Source: a virus
Lineage: Duplodnaviria; Caudoviricetes
IMG/VR virus record: IMGVR_UViG_3300027969_000040
Length of the DNA: 64,000 nt
Strand: one strand, 5' to 3'
Numbering within the stretch: position 1 is the stretch's first letter; each line of letters starts with the position of its first letter. This document shows positions 8,865 through 18,366 of the stretch, piece after piece. The position numbers and the translations under genes are program-made. A model generated the notes under the pieces. The model made no database searches and was not told the DNA's origin. It was given only the letters and a program-made list of their open reading frames with translations.

Positions 8865-9590
8865 CTATTGATTTTTCTGATTGATTATAGTTTGATTTAC
8901 TGACCCAATTAAGGATGGTGATAACATTTTGAGTATATCTAACATCTTAATATCATTAAGATATATGAAGCCGCCTTGAAAATATTTATATCTATCCGAT
9001 AGCCTCTCCAATATAAACTTTGATATTTTTATCTCTCCATCTAAATTTTTTATATAATTTACTAGTGCATGTCGATCCTCAAGTTTGATGAAACCTTCTT
9101 TTAAGCGTACCTTATACGGATGATCACTTTCTTTTTTAGTGATAATAAAACCTTGATCTAACAATTTTTTGTCCGAATCAAATTCTAACAACGAAACCGA
9201 ACTCAATCTAGTTTTATGCTCGCTTAAAATTTCATTAGCTACATTATACAAGTAAGATTCTGAATCTGCAAATACAGTGAAAGAATAATAACTAATTCTA
9301 AATTTTACTTTAACATTGGTTGGTGTTGTATAATATTTGTAAAAGTCTTCTAGTGTTTTTAAACTTGCATTTTGATTTTTGTATCTGACAAATCTGTCTG
9401 TGTTTCTATAATTAAAAGCCTTCACAGTTGATGGTAGTTTATCAGCAGTTTTACAATTAATCAAACATCTTGCACCTTGTAAATTATAAGTTAAACTGTA
9501 ACAAAACTCGTTAAAAAATTTCTTCTTAGTATAAAGAAATCGCAAGTCTCGATTTAGTTTACTCCACTCTGATAAATCCATTTTTGTCAA
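8865..9590 (-). CDS. Hypothetical protein
   Basis: 241-aa ORF overlapping the 3' end of clpA. Confidence 0.75.
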   Translation of the reverse strand: MTKMDLSEWSKLNRDLRFLYTKKKFFNEFCYSLTYNLQGARCLINCKTADKLPSTVKAFNYRNTDRFVRYKNQNASLKTLEDFYKYYTTPTNVKVKFRISYYSFTVFADSESYLYNVANEILSEHKTRLSSVSLLEFDSDKKLLDQGFIITKKESDHPYKVRLKEGFIKLEDRHALVNYIKNLDGEIKISKFILERLSDRYKYFQGGFIYLNDIKMLDILKMLSPSLIGSVNQTIINQKNQ

Positions 9591-11862
9591 CTGATGGTAC
9601 CCCTTCGATCAATAGCTGCATGTTATAGGCAATTACAGTAAAAGTCAAATCTTTTTCCTGGCAATCTACATTAATAATAGATCCGTTTTCCAAATTCTCA
9701 AACAATATTTTTTTACTAATAGGTACTTTAATCAAATCGTTAATTACACGATTCAATGGCCTTGCGCCCATTCTCTTATCAAACCCTTTTTCAACTAGTA
9801 AGTCAACGGCACGTTCAGTTAGACGCAATTTAATTTGTCTATCGGATAGTAAATCATTGATTTCTGACATAAATTTAGCGACAATCTTTTTCATGCTAAA
9901 CTGATCTAATGTTTTAAACTTACATATAGCATCAAGTCTATTTCGAAACTCGGGTTTAAAAAATTCCTTAACTGCCTTATCGTCCTCACCTGTGCGCTCT
10001 AACGATTGACCAAATCCAATGGTATTGCGTTCGTTATCGGCAGCGCCTAGATTACTAGTCATAATTAAAATAGAGTTACGTGCATCGGCTTTTTTACCAT
10101 TGCTACCAGTAATAAATCCTTCATCCATAAATTGCAACAAGATATTTGTTACATCAGGATGAGCTTTTTCAATCTCATCTAATAGGATAATTGAGTTTGG
10201 ATTTTGTTCTAAAGCACTAATTAATAATCCACTGCCAGCTGCTGAATCTTCATATCCAACATACCCAGGAGGTGCACCGATTAACTTAGCCATGCTATGT
10301 TTTTCTTGGTACTCACTCATATCGTAGCGAACCATCTTCATTGACAAATTGGTTGCAAGTAACTTAGCTAATTCAGTTTTTCCAGTACCAGTTGGCCCCA
10401 AGAATAAAAAGCTACCAATTGGTTTGTTAATTGATTTAATACCTGCTTTACTTACGAATATTCGCTCTAACACAGAAGTTACGGCATCCTCTTGACCGTA
10501 CAGCCCTTGGTTTATATTGATTTCTAAATTAACAAGGCTATTAGTATTATCACTGCCAATTTGATCAACTGGTATCTTAGTAGCGCGACTTAGTGCTTCT
10601 ACAATCTGCGATTTGCCTAATACAAAGTCTGAATCTTGCTTGATTTGTATTTTTTGTTTAGCACATGCAGTATCCATTAAGTCTATTGCTTTGTCTGGCA
10701 GCTTTTTGTCAGGTTGATATCTAATGCTATAATCAACGGCGGCATCAATTGATTCATCTGAAATTTTAATGTTATGGAATTTTTCAAAATTTAATCTTAT
10801 ACCTTTAAGTATAAGTTTCGAATCACTTGCACTAGGTTCGTCTACAGTTAATCGTTGAAATCTACGCATCAATGCTCGATCTTTTTCGAAGCTTTGTACA
10901 TATTCATCCCATGTAGTAGATGCGATAACTTTAATCTTGCCCTTAGTTAATGCAGGTTTAATCATGTTACTAAAGTCGACCGAGCTAGAAGAGCCACCGC
11001 CAGCGCCACGCATCTGATGTGCCTCGTCGATGAATAGTATAGTTTTTTCTTTCATTATCAATGCTTTGATAACATTCTGAAATTTTTCTTCAAACTCGCC
11101 TCTATACTTACTTCCAGCTAATAAGCTACCTATATCTAAGTTATACACAGTATATGACTTTAGATATTCTGGTACATTACCGTCTACTATATTTTTAGCA
11201 AGTCCTTCTGCTAACATTGTTTTACCAACGCCCGGATCACCAACTAATAGGATATTGGCTTTATTACGTTTAGCCAATATATGAGACATTTCTGTTAGTT
11301 CAAACTCTCGTCCAATAATAGGATCAAGTTCACCTTTCTTGGCCAAGTTGTTCAGATTTGTACAAAACTCATCTAACATTTCTTCGGCACGCTCTGCATT
11401 TATATTTGGAGAATTTAAATCCGACTCGGTATTAAATTTTTTGTATAATTCCATTAGGGTTGCACGATCAATTCCGTACTTTAACATAAAATAGAATGCA
11501 TAGCTATTTGATTCCATTGAAATGCTTAATACCAAGTCAATGATTTTAATACGGTTAGATCCGTGAAACAACACTTGTGTTAGTGCTCTATTAAATACAC
11601 GTTCTAACGTTTGTGTTTTTCTTGGAGTATGCGATTCTTCGACTACTAAATGTGTTTGTGCATTTAAATAATGGCTTAGTTCACCCACCAGGCCGTTGAC
11701 ATCAAAATTTAATTTTATCAATATCTTCTTAAAAGGACTATATTGAAAAATAGCCAATGCTAGATGTTCTAAAGTTACATATTCATGTTTAAGCGACTTA
11801 GCAGCCTCGCTGGCTTTAAGTATAATTTCTTCAATCTCTGCATTTGGTCTCATTGACGACAT
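9559..11862 (-). CDS. clpA: ATP-dependent Clp protease ATPase subunit, ClpA-type
   Basis: Clp N-domain (HEYVTLEHL); Walker A motifs GDPGVGKT and GPTGTGKT; Walker B motifs FIDEAH and LLDEIEK; IGF loop (TIGFG); no ClpB middle domain. Confidence 0.92.
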   Translation of the reverse strand: MSSMRPNAEIEEIILKASEAAKSLKHEYVTLEHLALAIFQYSPFKKILIKLNFDVNGLVGELSHYLNAQTHLVVEESHTPRKTQTLERVFNRALTQVLFHGSNRIKIIDLVLSISMESNSYAFYFMLKYGIDRATLMELYKKFNTESDLNSPNINAERAEEMLDEFCTNLNNLAKKGELDPIIGREFELTEMSHILAKRNKANILLVGDPGVGKTMLAEGLAKNIVDGNVPEYLKSYTVYNLDIGSLLAGSKYRGEFEEKFQNVIKALIMKEKTILFIDEAHQMRGAGGGSSSSVDFSNMIKPALTKGKIKVIASTTWDEYVQSFEKDRALMRRFQRLTVDEPSASDSKLILKGIRLNFEKFHNIKISDESIDAAVDYSIRYQPDKKLPDKAIDLMDTACAKQKIQIKQDSDFVLGKSQIVEALSRATKIPVDQIGSDNTNSLVNLEININQGLYGQEDAVTSVLERIFVSKAGIKSINKPIGSFLFLGPTGTGKTELAKLLATNLSMKMVRYDMSEYQEKHSMAKLIGAPPGYVGYEDSAAGSGLLISALEQNPNSIILLDEIEKAHPDVTNILLQFMDEGFITGSNGKKADARNSILIMTSNLGAADNERNTIGFGQSLERTGEDDKAVKEFFKPEFRNRLDAICKFKTLDQFSMKKIVAKFMSEINDLLSDRQIKLRLTERAVDLLVEKGFDKRMGARPLNRVINDLIKVPISKKILFENLENGSIINVDCQEKDLTFTVIAYNMQLLIEGVPSVDKNGFIRVE

Positions 11863-11872
11863 TACAGTTCCT

Positions 11873-12724
11873 TTATGTTAATAAATTTTCTAATGCTTTA
11901 TGCTGATCCGATGTAATAGTCGACGGAACAGTTAGTGAAATTTCAACATGCAGATCGCCACGTATAGGTTGATTTACATCCCATAACCCTTGAGATGGAA
12001 TTCTAAATTTAGAATTATTTTGTGTACCCGGCGGGATTCTAATTTCAAATTGTGTATGATCTAACCCTGACACCATTGCCTTTGTTCCTACTACAGCATC
12101 GATGCAATTAACACTTATTGTTTTTATTAGATTCAACCCGGCTATTACAAATTCAGGATGCTGTCTTATTCGTAAATCAACTAGTAAGTCTCCAGGCGGC
12201 AAGTTAGAATGTGAAGTATCACCTTTTCCTTGGTATCTAATTTGCATACCAGTTTGAACTCCCCTGGGGATTTCAATCTCTACAGTTTTATTTGATCCAT
12301 TTGAATTTCGGACATTAATATGATGCGATTGAGTGTTAAGTGTTGATTCTAAATCTAGTTCAATTCCTACCCTTAGGTCTGCATTTTTAGCAGGTTGCCC
12401 GTGATGTCTGAAATTAAATCCTCCTGCAAATTGCCGGAATAGATCATCAATACCACCACCGCCACCACCAAAACTAAAGTGATGAAAATTACCACCGCCA
12501 CCACCTTGCCCAAACATTTTTTGTTGTTCCCATTGGGCACGTTTTTGTGGATCGGATAGTGTTGAGTATGCTTCCTGTATCTCTTGGAATTTATTTTGAT
12601 CACCACCCCGGTCTGGATGATGCTGCATAGCCAACTTTTTATACGCTTTCTTAATCTCGTCATCGCTCGCGTTAGCGTTGACACCTAAAATATTAAAATA
12701 ATCAGTCATAGTTATATAGTACAA
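11873..12724 (-). CDS. dnaJ: DnaJ-class co-chaperone, type II/CbpA-like (no Zn finger)
   Basis: J-domain with HPD (HHPDRGG), G/F-rich linker, C-terminal substrate-binding domain. Confidence 0.92.
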   Translation of the reverse strand: MYYITMTDYFNILGVNANASDDEIKKAYKKLAMQHHPDRGGDQNKFQEIQEAYSTLSDPQKRAQWEQQKMFGQGGGGGNFHHFSFGGGGGGIDDLFRQFAGGFNFRHHGQPAKNADLRVGIELDLESTLNTQSHHINVRNSNGSNKTVEIEIPRGVQTGMQIRYQGKGDTSHSNLPPGDLLVDLRIRQHPEFVIAGLNLIKTISVNCIDAVVGTKAMVSGLDHTQFEIRIPPGTQNNSKFRIPSQGLWDVNQPIRGDLHVEISLTVPSTITSDQHKALENLLT

Positions 12725-12782
12725 ATAAAAAAAGGTACAGCAGTTATAATACTATACCTTTGAGGAAATGTCAATATATTTA

Positions 12783-13031
12783 TTATTTCTTTTTCTTGTC
12801 CTCAGGAATTTCCGTTCCTTCTAATTTTTTATGCACTTTGATCTTTTTACAATCTTGTGCTTGTTTTCCAGTTTTTTTGTCCATAACTGGTTTCCCAGCT
12901 TTGTCCACTTTATCGTGGCAAACTTCTTTCATTTCGCCACCGGCATGAGCAGTGCTAGACATTATAACTGTACTAGCCATAAAGCATACAGTATATATAC
13001 CTATGAGTTGTGCTATTAATAATTTTTTCAT
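12783..13031 (-). CDS. Small exported Lys-rich protein
   Basis: Probable start MKKLLIAQLIG at 13031; signal peptide ending AHA; two Cys. Confidence 0.7.
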   Translation of the reverse strand: MKKLLIAQLIGIYTVCFMASTVIMSSTAHAGGEMKEVCHDKVDKAGKPVMDKKTGKQAQDCKKIKVHKKLEGTEIPEDKKKK

Positions 13032-13050
13032 GTTGTTTTCCTTTAATTTT

Positions 13051-13659
13051 TTATAACATTGGTTGCTGTGGTTGCATTGGTGCTGGTTTGCCACCAAACC
13101 CTGTTATAACTGTTGCTGTGCCACCAAACCCTCCTGCTGCTGGTGTACCAAACCCTCCTGCTGCTGGGGTACCAAACCCACCACCGCCACCTGTTGAGCC
13201 AAACCCACCACCGCCACCGCCACCTGTTGAGCCAAACCCACCACCGCCACCGCCACCTGTTGAGCCAAATCCGCCTCCACCCATGACAGGTTGGTTGCTT
13301 ACGCTAACGCTACCTTGACCTGGTGGAACATATGTTGTTCCTAACCCTGCTCCACCCAAGCCACCATTGTTGGCGCCATTTAGTTTTTCCTGTGTGCGGC
13401 CATGTGCAGCAATACCTAGTACCGCGCCCATGGCAATATGGAACAATCCAGCACCCTGCAAGGTCAATGGTTGCCATTGTGAATTAACTGCCCCGTGGCT
13501 AAGACTTTGCAATAGACTCCAAAGCACTGGGAATACCACCATGTCCATGGTACAGATCAGCATGTACATCCAACCCATCATTGGACGCCATTTGCTGTTC
13601 ATCCAATCTTCTTTTTTCTTTTCGCTTGCGCTGATTTTTTCTGCTGTTTCGTCTGCCAT
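13051..13659 (-). CDS. 3TM holin-like protein (GTA-holin-like) with Gly-rich tail
   Basis: WRPMMGW..WQPLTLQGAGLFHIAMGAVLG..GRTQEK pattern, followed by GGGFGSTGG repeats. Confidence 0.7.
   Translation of the reverse strand: MADETAEKISASEKKKEDWMNSKWRPMMGWMYMLICTMDMVVFPVLWSLLQSLSHGAVNSQWQPLTLQGAGLFHIAMGAVLGIAAHGRTQEKLNGANNGGLGGAGLGTTYVPPGQGSVSVSNQPVMGGGGFGSTGGGGGGGFGSTGGGGGGGFGSTGGGGGFGTPAAGGFGTPAAGGFGGTATVITGFGGKPAPMQPQQPML
13169..13270. repeat. Tandem 33-nt repeat encoding GGGGGGGFGST-type units
   Basis: ccaaacccaccaccgccaccgccacctgttgag occurs twice at 13199-13264, with flanking variants. Confidence 0.85.
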
Positions 13660-13681
13660 AATTGAAATCTCCTAGTGTAAA

Positions 13682-13696
13682 TATTTACCATAAATA
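13682..13696. promoter_or_regulatory. Back-to-back TAAATA late-promoter-like boxes for divergent genes
   Basis: tattta at 13682-13687 (minus strand) and taaata at 13691-13696 (plus strand). Confidence 0.55.
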
Positions 13697-13704
13697 CTAA
13701 TAAT

Positions 13705-14325
13705 ATGATGACTCGAACAATTTTAAATCAAAATCCATTTATTATCACTCTTGATGATGCAATTCCTGCAGAAATAATTAAAGAAATGGTGTCAGAAAAC
13801 GATTATGTTAATAGTTTGGGATATGTTCATGATAGCAAATCAAGTAGCGCAGTTGATCATCGCACAAGTATGTCATGTTTTGATCCTAATAACAAATATG
13901 ATAATGTAAGAAGAATAGTACTTAGCTGTTTAGAAAAAGAATTTAATTGTATACATTCAATTGATGCATGCGAAACTTGGCAGTTTACGCAATACTCTTC
14001 TAATCAATACTATAAACCACACTGGGATTTTTTTAATGTAAACGATCCCCGTTATACCAACTCGGTGCATAACGATCGTGTTGGTACGGTTATTATATAT
14101 TTGAATGATTCATACTCAGGCGGCACTACAAATTTTACTAAATTAAACTTATCTGTAACACCAAAAGCCGGTAGAATTCTTTATTTTAACTATCCAACTG
14201 TGCATGGTGATAGTTATGTAAGAGATTTAACATTACACGAAGGCGCAACTGTTCATACTGGAATTAAACGTATAGCCACAATGTGGATTAGAGAAAGTGC
14301 AATTATTCCGGGTGCCATTTTATAA
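13705..14325 (+). CDS. 2OG-Fe(II) oxygenase, prolyl-4-hydroxylase-like
   Basis: YKPHWDF (HxD), RVGTVIIYLND, GGTTNF, LHEG..V..GIKRIATMWIR. Confidence 0.85.
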   Translation: MMTRTILNQNPFIITLDDAIPAEIIKEMVSENDYVNSLGYVHDSKSSSAVDHRTSMSCFDPNNKYDNVRRIVLSCLEKEFNCIHSIDACETWQFTQYSSNQYYKPHWDFFNVNDPRYTNSVHNDRVGTVIIYLNDSYSGGTTNFTKLNLSVTPKAGRILYFNYPTVHGDSYVRDLTLHEGATVHTGIKRIATMWIRESAIIPGAIL

Positions 14326-14345
14326 CCGATGGTTATAAATACAGG

Positions 14346-14465
14346 ATGCATTTTAATATAATCATCACTTTCAACGATCTGTTATTTTTACTAGGGTGCG
14401 TGCCATTAGTTATGATATTTTGGGTAATGTTTAAAGATTGGTCTAACGATAGAAATAGGTATTAA
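14346..14465 (+). CDS. 39-aa single-TM protein (MHFNIIITFNDLLFLLGCVPLVMIFWVMFKDWSNDRNRY)
   Basis: Manual translation; preceded by TATAAATA at 14334-14341; below the ORF-track cutoff. Confidence 0.55.
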   Translation: MHFNIIITFNDLLFLLGCVPLVMIFWVMFKDWSNDRNRY

Positions 14466-15079
14466 TTTTTAATTCCTAATGCTTCATCTGTTTTTTTCTT
14501 CTGTTCCTGCTCTCTAGCCCATTGTTGTTCTCTGCGAATTCTTTGAGCTTTTGCCTGTGCAGCTTCGAATGCTTTCTGTTCTTCGGCCATGCTGTAAAAC
14601 TGAACTCCTAGCATAACAAATGCACTGATAACAAGCCCGCCAGCCAATACATATAAAGCTAGCATAAAATATTTGGCCATCTTTTCTTTATGCGCCTGTT
14701 TAGCTTTGGCCAGTGCTTCTTCGCCCTCGCGTTTTTCTTTTAATAATCTAGCACGTTCTTTAACCATTTCTTCCCAGATTTGTGGTTTACCCAGTTGCCA
14801 ATAAATCATATCCTTTAAGGCTCTTTCGTCCTCGCGCAGTTGATTGCTGTGCATAGCAAACTCAAGGGCCTGCCGCCCGAGCTGGGCATCTGTTTTACCC
14901 ATAGAACTATGCTTGGCTTGAATACTGGCCATATGCACTTGGTCGGCTGCTTCAAAGAAATGTCCCACTTGCCCAATGATGCTATTAACATCTTTGCCCA
15001 TGGCAATGGCTTGTTTAATGCCACTGATTGCTGATTGTGCTGCCGAAAAGGCCAGGCTGATGCTAATCGGATCAATCAT
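14462..15079 (-). CDS. Hypothetical membrane protein
   Basis: MIDPISISLAFSAAQ start, coiled coil, one TM segment. Confidence 0.8.
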   Translation of the reverse strand: MIDPISISLAFSAAQSAISGIKQAIAMGKDVNSIIGQVGHFFEAADQVHMASIQAKHSSMGKTDAQLGRQALEFAMHSNQLREDERALKDMIYWQLGKPQIWEEMVKERARLLKEKREGEEALAKAKQAHKEKMAKYFMLALYVLAGGLVISAFVMLGVQFYSMAEEQKAFEAAQAKAQRIRREQQWAREQEQKKKTDEALGIKN

Positions 15080-15082
15080 GTA

Positions 15083-15322
15083 TCACCCGCTGAGTTTACA
15101 TATTTCGGGATATAATCTATTAGAGCAATCCCTGATTGCCCATTCGATGCAAGTTACTTTGCCTTCAACGGGAGTGCTTGTCCATTGCCAGCGTATACAA
15201 ACACGCACCCGGTCTTTTTTTAATAGGTTTTGTTGGGACGACGCCACTACGATCGTGGACAATACAACGGATATTACAATCCATTTCAATATTGTTGATG
15301 TTCTGGCGGTGATCGATGCCAA
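15083..15322 (-). CDS. Small exported Cys-containing protein
   Basis: N-terminal hydrophobic stretch, four Cys. Confidence 0.55.
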   Translation of the reverse strand: MASITARTSTILKWIVISVVLSTIVVASSQQNLLKKDRVRVCIRWQWTSTPVEGKVTCIEWAIRDCSNRLYPEICKLSG

Positions 15323-15396
15323 TGTGACTCTCCATAATAGCAGTATTATATACTACTATTTAAATGGAAAGTCCAATTTGATAAAGCTAGCTTTAA

Positions 15397-15933
15397 CTAG
15401 ATCCAGAGCCAATAACCCTGTGCCATTAGAATTAATCCTATCACGCCAACTGCCCAACTGGCTCTATACATGTTGTTGTTGACAGTTAGTATGGCAGCAG
15501 ATAATAATACAATTGCCAGCTGAAATAGCATACCCGAGAATGTTAACCAAGGACTGTGCAATCTTGCTTCATCACGAGTAGCGTCTTGTGCCTTTGCTTT
15601 TTCAAGAAGTTCTTTTTTACCTTCGCCTTTTTCGGGTTCACTCTCGTAGCGAGCAATTTTTGCTTCTAGTTTAGCAATACGATCTTTATCTTTGGCTTGT
15701 TTGGCATCTTCTAATTGGCCTTCGGCAATCATTTGTTTAATACTCTTGGACTGATAAAATCCATAAGTGTTGCTGGCTTTTAGTAAATTAGTCTGTGCAA
15801 TGCCGCTAAAGTTATTGGCAAGGTAAGTGTTGCCTGCTAAAAATAGTGCCATAAAGACAATTACCAATCCTGCTTTGTCTTTGATTTGTGCTTCACGCTC
15901 TGAACGTGATAAAGGTTTTGCTTCATCTGCCAT
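15397..15933 (-). CDS. DUF4337-like membrane protein
   Basis: TM, then YGFYQSKSIKQ coiled coil, then two C-terminal TMs. Confidence 0.7.
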   Translation of the reverse strand: MADEAKPLSRSEREAQIKDKAGLVIVFMALFLAGNTYLANNFSGIAQTNLLKASNTYGFYQSKSIKQMIAEGQLEDAKQAKDKDRIAKLEAKIARYESEPEKGEGKKELLEKAKAQDATRDEARLHSPWLTFSGMLFQLAIVLLSAAILTVNNNMYRASWAVGVIGLILMAQGYWLWI

Positions 15934-15936
15934 TTC

Positions 15937-16275
15937 TTACTCCTTCATTGCGCCAATTTTCTTTGGACCAAATCCCTGTCTATCTTCCAAGACAGCAATG
16001 TGCTGACGGTTCTCCATGATAGCATCACGGTTCTTTTGGATTTCTTTTTCAAGATCTTGACGCAGTTTCTCACGTGCCAATTCAGCACCGCTGTTACTTG
16101 CTTGTTTATTGTCCGTAGTAACAACCAAACTAACTTTCTGATTTAAAATTGTCACATCATGTTGGATAGCACTTAACGATGAAATTAAATATCCAACTGA
16201 TCCAACTAATAAAGGTAATAGAGCAAACAATAGTTTCTCTACAAATGCACCTTTTTCTTTGTTTTCTTCTGCCAT
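15937..16275 (-). CDS. TM plus coiled-coil protein (lysis-associated candidate)
   Basis: Probable start MAEENKEK at 16275; directly downstream of the endolysin. Confidence 0.7.
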   Translation of the reverse strand: MAEENKEKGAFVEKLLFALLPLLVGSVGYLISSLSAIQHDVTILNQKVSLVVTTDNKQASNSGAELAREKLRQDLEKEIQKNRDAIMENRQHIAVLEDRQGFGPKKIGAMKE

Positions 16276-16297
16276 TTTTCGCTCCTTAGTACTTTTA

Positions 16298-16921
16298 TTA
16301 AGCACCTAGAACATGTAGTGCATGTTCGTAGTGTTTGATACGATCTTCTAAACCAATGTAACCACCATTGATTTTTCGGGTCATTGTTTTAATATCGCCG
16401 GCGTCGGCCTGTACATTTAAATTATTGCTTTCCCAGAACCAGCAGGCACTTTGTACAGCACCTTCAAATGTGGCTAAAAATTCTGGAATATCTTCTACAG
16501 GTGTTTCTATACTTTCTGCAAACCGGGTATAGTTATCCTTGCCAGTGAGCTGAATTAATCCACGACCGCAATACTTGTAGCCATCACCACTATGCTCGTC
16601 GCCATTGCCCATACGATTAGCATAGACTCGATTGGCAATCATTTCTTGCTTGCCTGCATATGCATTGGCTAAATCGTCACTGGGAAAATACTTAGGAAAT
16701 ACCTTACGTAAGGTTACAGCACGATAGTTTAAGTTTTCTTTTAAAAATACAAACCCGCCACTTTCATGAGCGCATTGTGCAAGGAATGCTGCTACTCTGT
16801 TTGGGGTATTAATATCGTAATCCGGAAGGGCTAATTCTAGTGCATGATACCAATGGTCAAGATAGGGATTTTTTGGAAGTAATTGAGATAGTTGTTCAAT
16901 TGATAAAATAAAATCTGACAT
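16298..16921 (-). CDS. Glycoside hydrolase family 19 endolysin
   Basis: AAFLAQCAHESGGF..ENLNY, GDGYKYCGRGLIQLTGKDNY, TRKINGG.IGLEDR. Confidence 0.92.
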   Translation of the reverse strand: MSDFILSIEQLSQLLPKNPYLDHWYHALELALPDYDINTPNRVAAFLAQCAHESGGFVFLKENLNYRAVTLRKVFPKYFPSDDLANAYAGKQEMIANRVYANRMGNGDEHSGDGYKYCGRGLIQLTGKDNYTRFAESIETPVEDIPEFLATFEGAVQSACWFWESNNLNVQADAGDIKTMTRKINGGYIGLEDRIKHYEHALHVLGA

Positions 16922-16924
16922 GAT

Positions 16925-17041
16925 TTACTCCTTACGAAATATAGCTAAAACTTTAGCCTGTATATTTTTAGCAAATTCGGGTTGTGGAAAATTCCACCCT
17001 ACAAATGCACCTAGTGCTAACCAAAACAATGTTTCTAACAT
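16925..17041 (-). CDS. 38-aa membrane protein (MLETLFWLALGAFVGWNFPQPEFAKNIQAKVLAIFRKE)
   Basis: Manual translation; GGAG SD; fills the gap between the o-spanin and the endolysin. Confidence 0.7.
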   Translation of the reverse strand: MLETLFWLALGAFVGWNFPQPEFAKNIQAKVLAIFRKE

Positions 17042-17042
17042 A

Positions 17043-17324
17043 TTAATCTCCTTGTACTTCTTCAAATATTTTCTTCTGTGCCTGGTACCATTCTATCCAT
17101 GCATCACTTTTTACAGCACATTCATAATATGTTGTATAATTTAATGTAACAGTTTTTGTAAAATCAATAATACTAACTGAATCACCTTCTATAGTTTTTA
17201 ACTGCGGACATTTTTCCATTATTAATATAGGAGCGTCGGGAAATCTAACAGTAACTGGTACGGTAGTACTACATCCTGCAATTAATAAAATAGATGCAAT
17301 GGCAAGTAATTTAATTAATTTCAT
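17043..17324 (-). CDS. Lipoprotein, o-spanin (Rz1-like)
   Basis: Lipobox LLIAGC, Pro-rich start, overlaps the i-spanin candidate. Confidence 0.75.
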   Translation of the reverse strand: MKLIKLLAIASILLIAGCSTTVPVTVRFPDAPILIMEKCPQLKTIEGDSVSIIDFTKTVTLNYTTYYECAVKSDAWIEWYQAQKKIFEEVQGD

Positions 17325-17782
17325 TTATTAGCCTCGATGGGTTGATTTAATGCTGCTGCATTGTGTGTATTAACAATAATTTGCGGAATAGGGCAATTTT
17401 CTACAAACTTGATAACTTCTCGATCTTTAACTACTTCACGATCAACATAGTTGATAATATCGTCACCGCGTGTTCTAACCAGTTCAAGTTTCTTAACAGT
17501 TTTAGTTACAATTTGAACATTGGTTTCTTGGCTTTTTGCTTCAGCTTCTGCAACCTTGACCTGCATTTCTGCCACACGGGCTTCCCATGCTGCTTGATTA
17601 CTCATTGCACCTTCAAACCATACGCCTGTTACAATTAGTAATATTGCTCCAACTTGTATAGGCAATCGGTAAGTACTAATAACTGGTATGAATTTTAATA
17701 CAAGACTAGCAAGTAATCCTAATACACCTGCTAACAGTATGGCATGGAATATCCAATCGGGTAAAAAATTCATTAGCCACAT
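17321..17782 (-). CDS. Inner-membrane spanin (Rz-like)
   Basis: N-terminal TMs, coiled coil, C-terminal Cys; adjacent to the lipoprotein and endolysin. Confidence 0.7.
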   Translation of the reverse strand: MWLMNFLPDWIFHAILLAGVLGLLASLVLKFIPVISTYRLPIQVGAILLIVTGVWFEGAMSNQAAWEARVAEMQVKVAEAEAKSQETNVQIVTKTVKKLELVRTRGDDIINYVDREVVKDREVIKFVENCPIPQIIVNTHNAAALNQPIEANK

Positions 17783-18366
17783 TATCTAATTCCTGCTGCT
17801 ATTCTTAAACTCTCTGTAAAATCATTTTTAGGTGCTTCTGTATTAACGTTAATACCAGCAGCGGTTTTCAATTGATCTATGGAGTTTTGTTTTTGTTTGT
17901 TCTTAGCTCTATATTGGGCCGGTGTGTTTGGGATAGCCAAATCCAATGATTCCTGATCGATAGCAATTGGAGTTTTTAAATTAGAGTATTCCAATTGCCA
18001 TGAATCCATTTTATTTCCGGTTAACTGCTCTAAGTCTCGGAACATTTTCATTAAGTTTTCTGGCACATCCGGTGTGCGTTCCATCTCAACAAATACTAGA
18101 TACGATCCATCAAATAGTTCACCAGAACTAACATCGGCATCTGCTACCCATTCGTATCCTTTTTCAATAAAATTAACAAGATCGACAGCTGGTTGTTTAC
18201 TTTGTAGTTGGAACGTTATAACTACAATTTCGTCGTCTGTTCCCATTTTACTTTTGTATTCGTCGATAGTCACGCGAGTAGAAACCAAACGATCAAGATC
18301 GCCGTGTTCGAGCCCTTCTTCTAAGGGCTTATTAAATGTTTGGTTGTGAAAATGTATTTTGTTCAT
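17782..18366 (-). CDS. Hypothetical protein
   Basis: ORF with uncertain start (18366 or 18396). Confidence 0.75.
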   Translation of the reverse strand: MNKIHFHNQTFNKPLEEGLEHGDLDRLVSTRVTIDEYKSKMGTDDEIVVITFQLQSKQPAVDLVNFIEKGYEWVADADVSSGELFDGSYLVFVEMERTPDVPENLMKMFRDLEQLTGNKMDSWQLEYSNLKTPIAIDQESLDLAIPNTPAQYRAKNKQKQNSIDQLKTAAGINVNTEAPKNDFTESLRIAAGIR

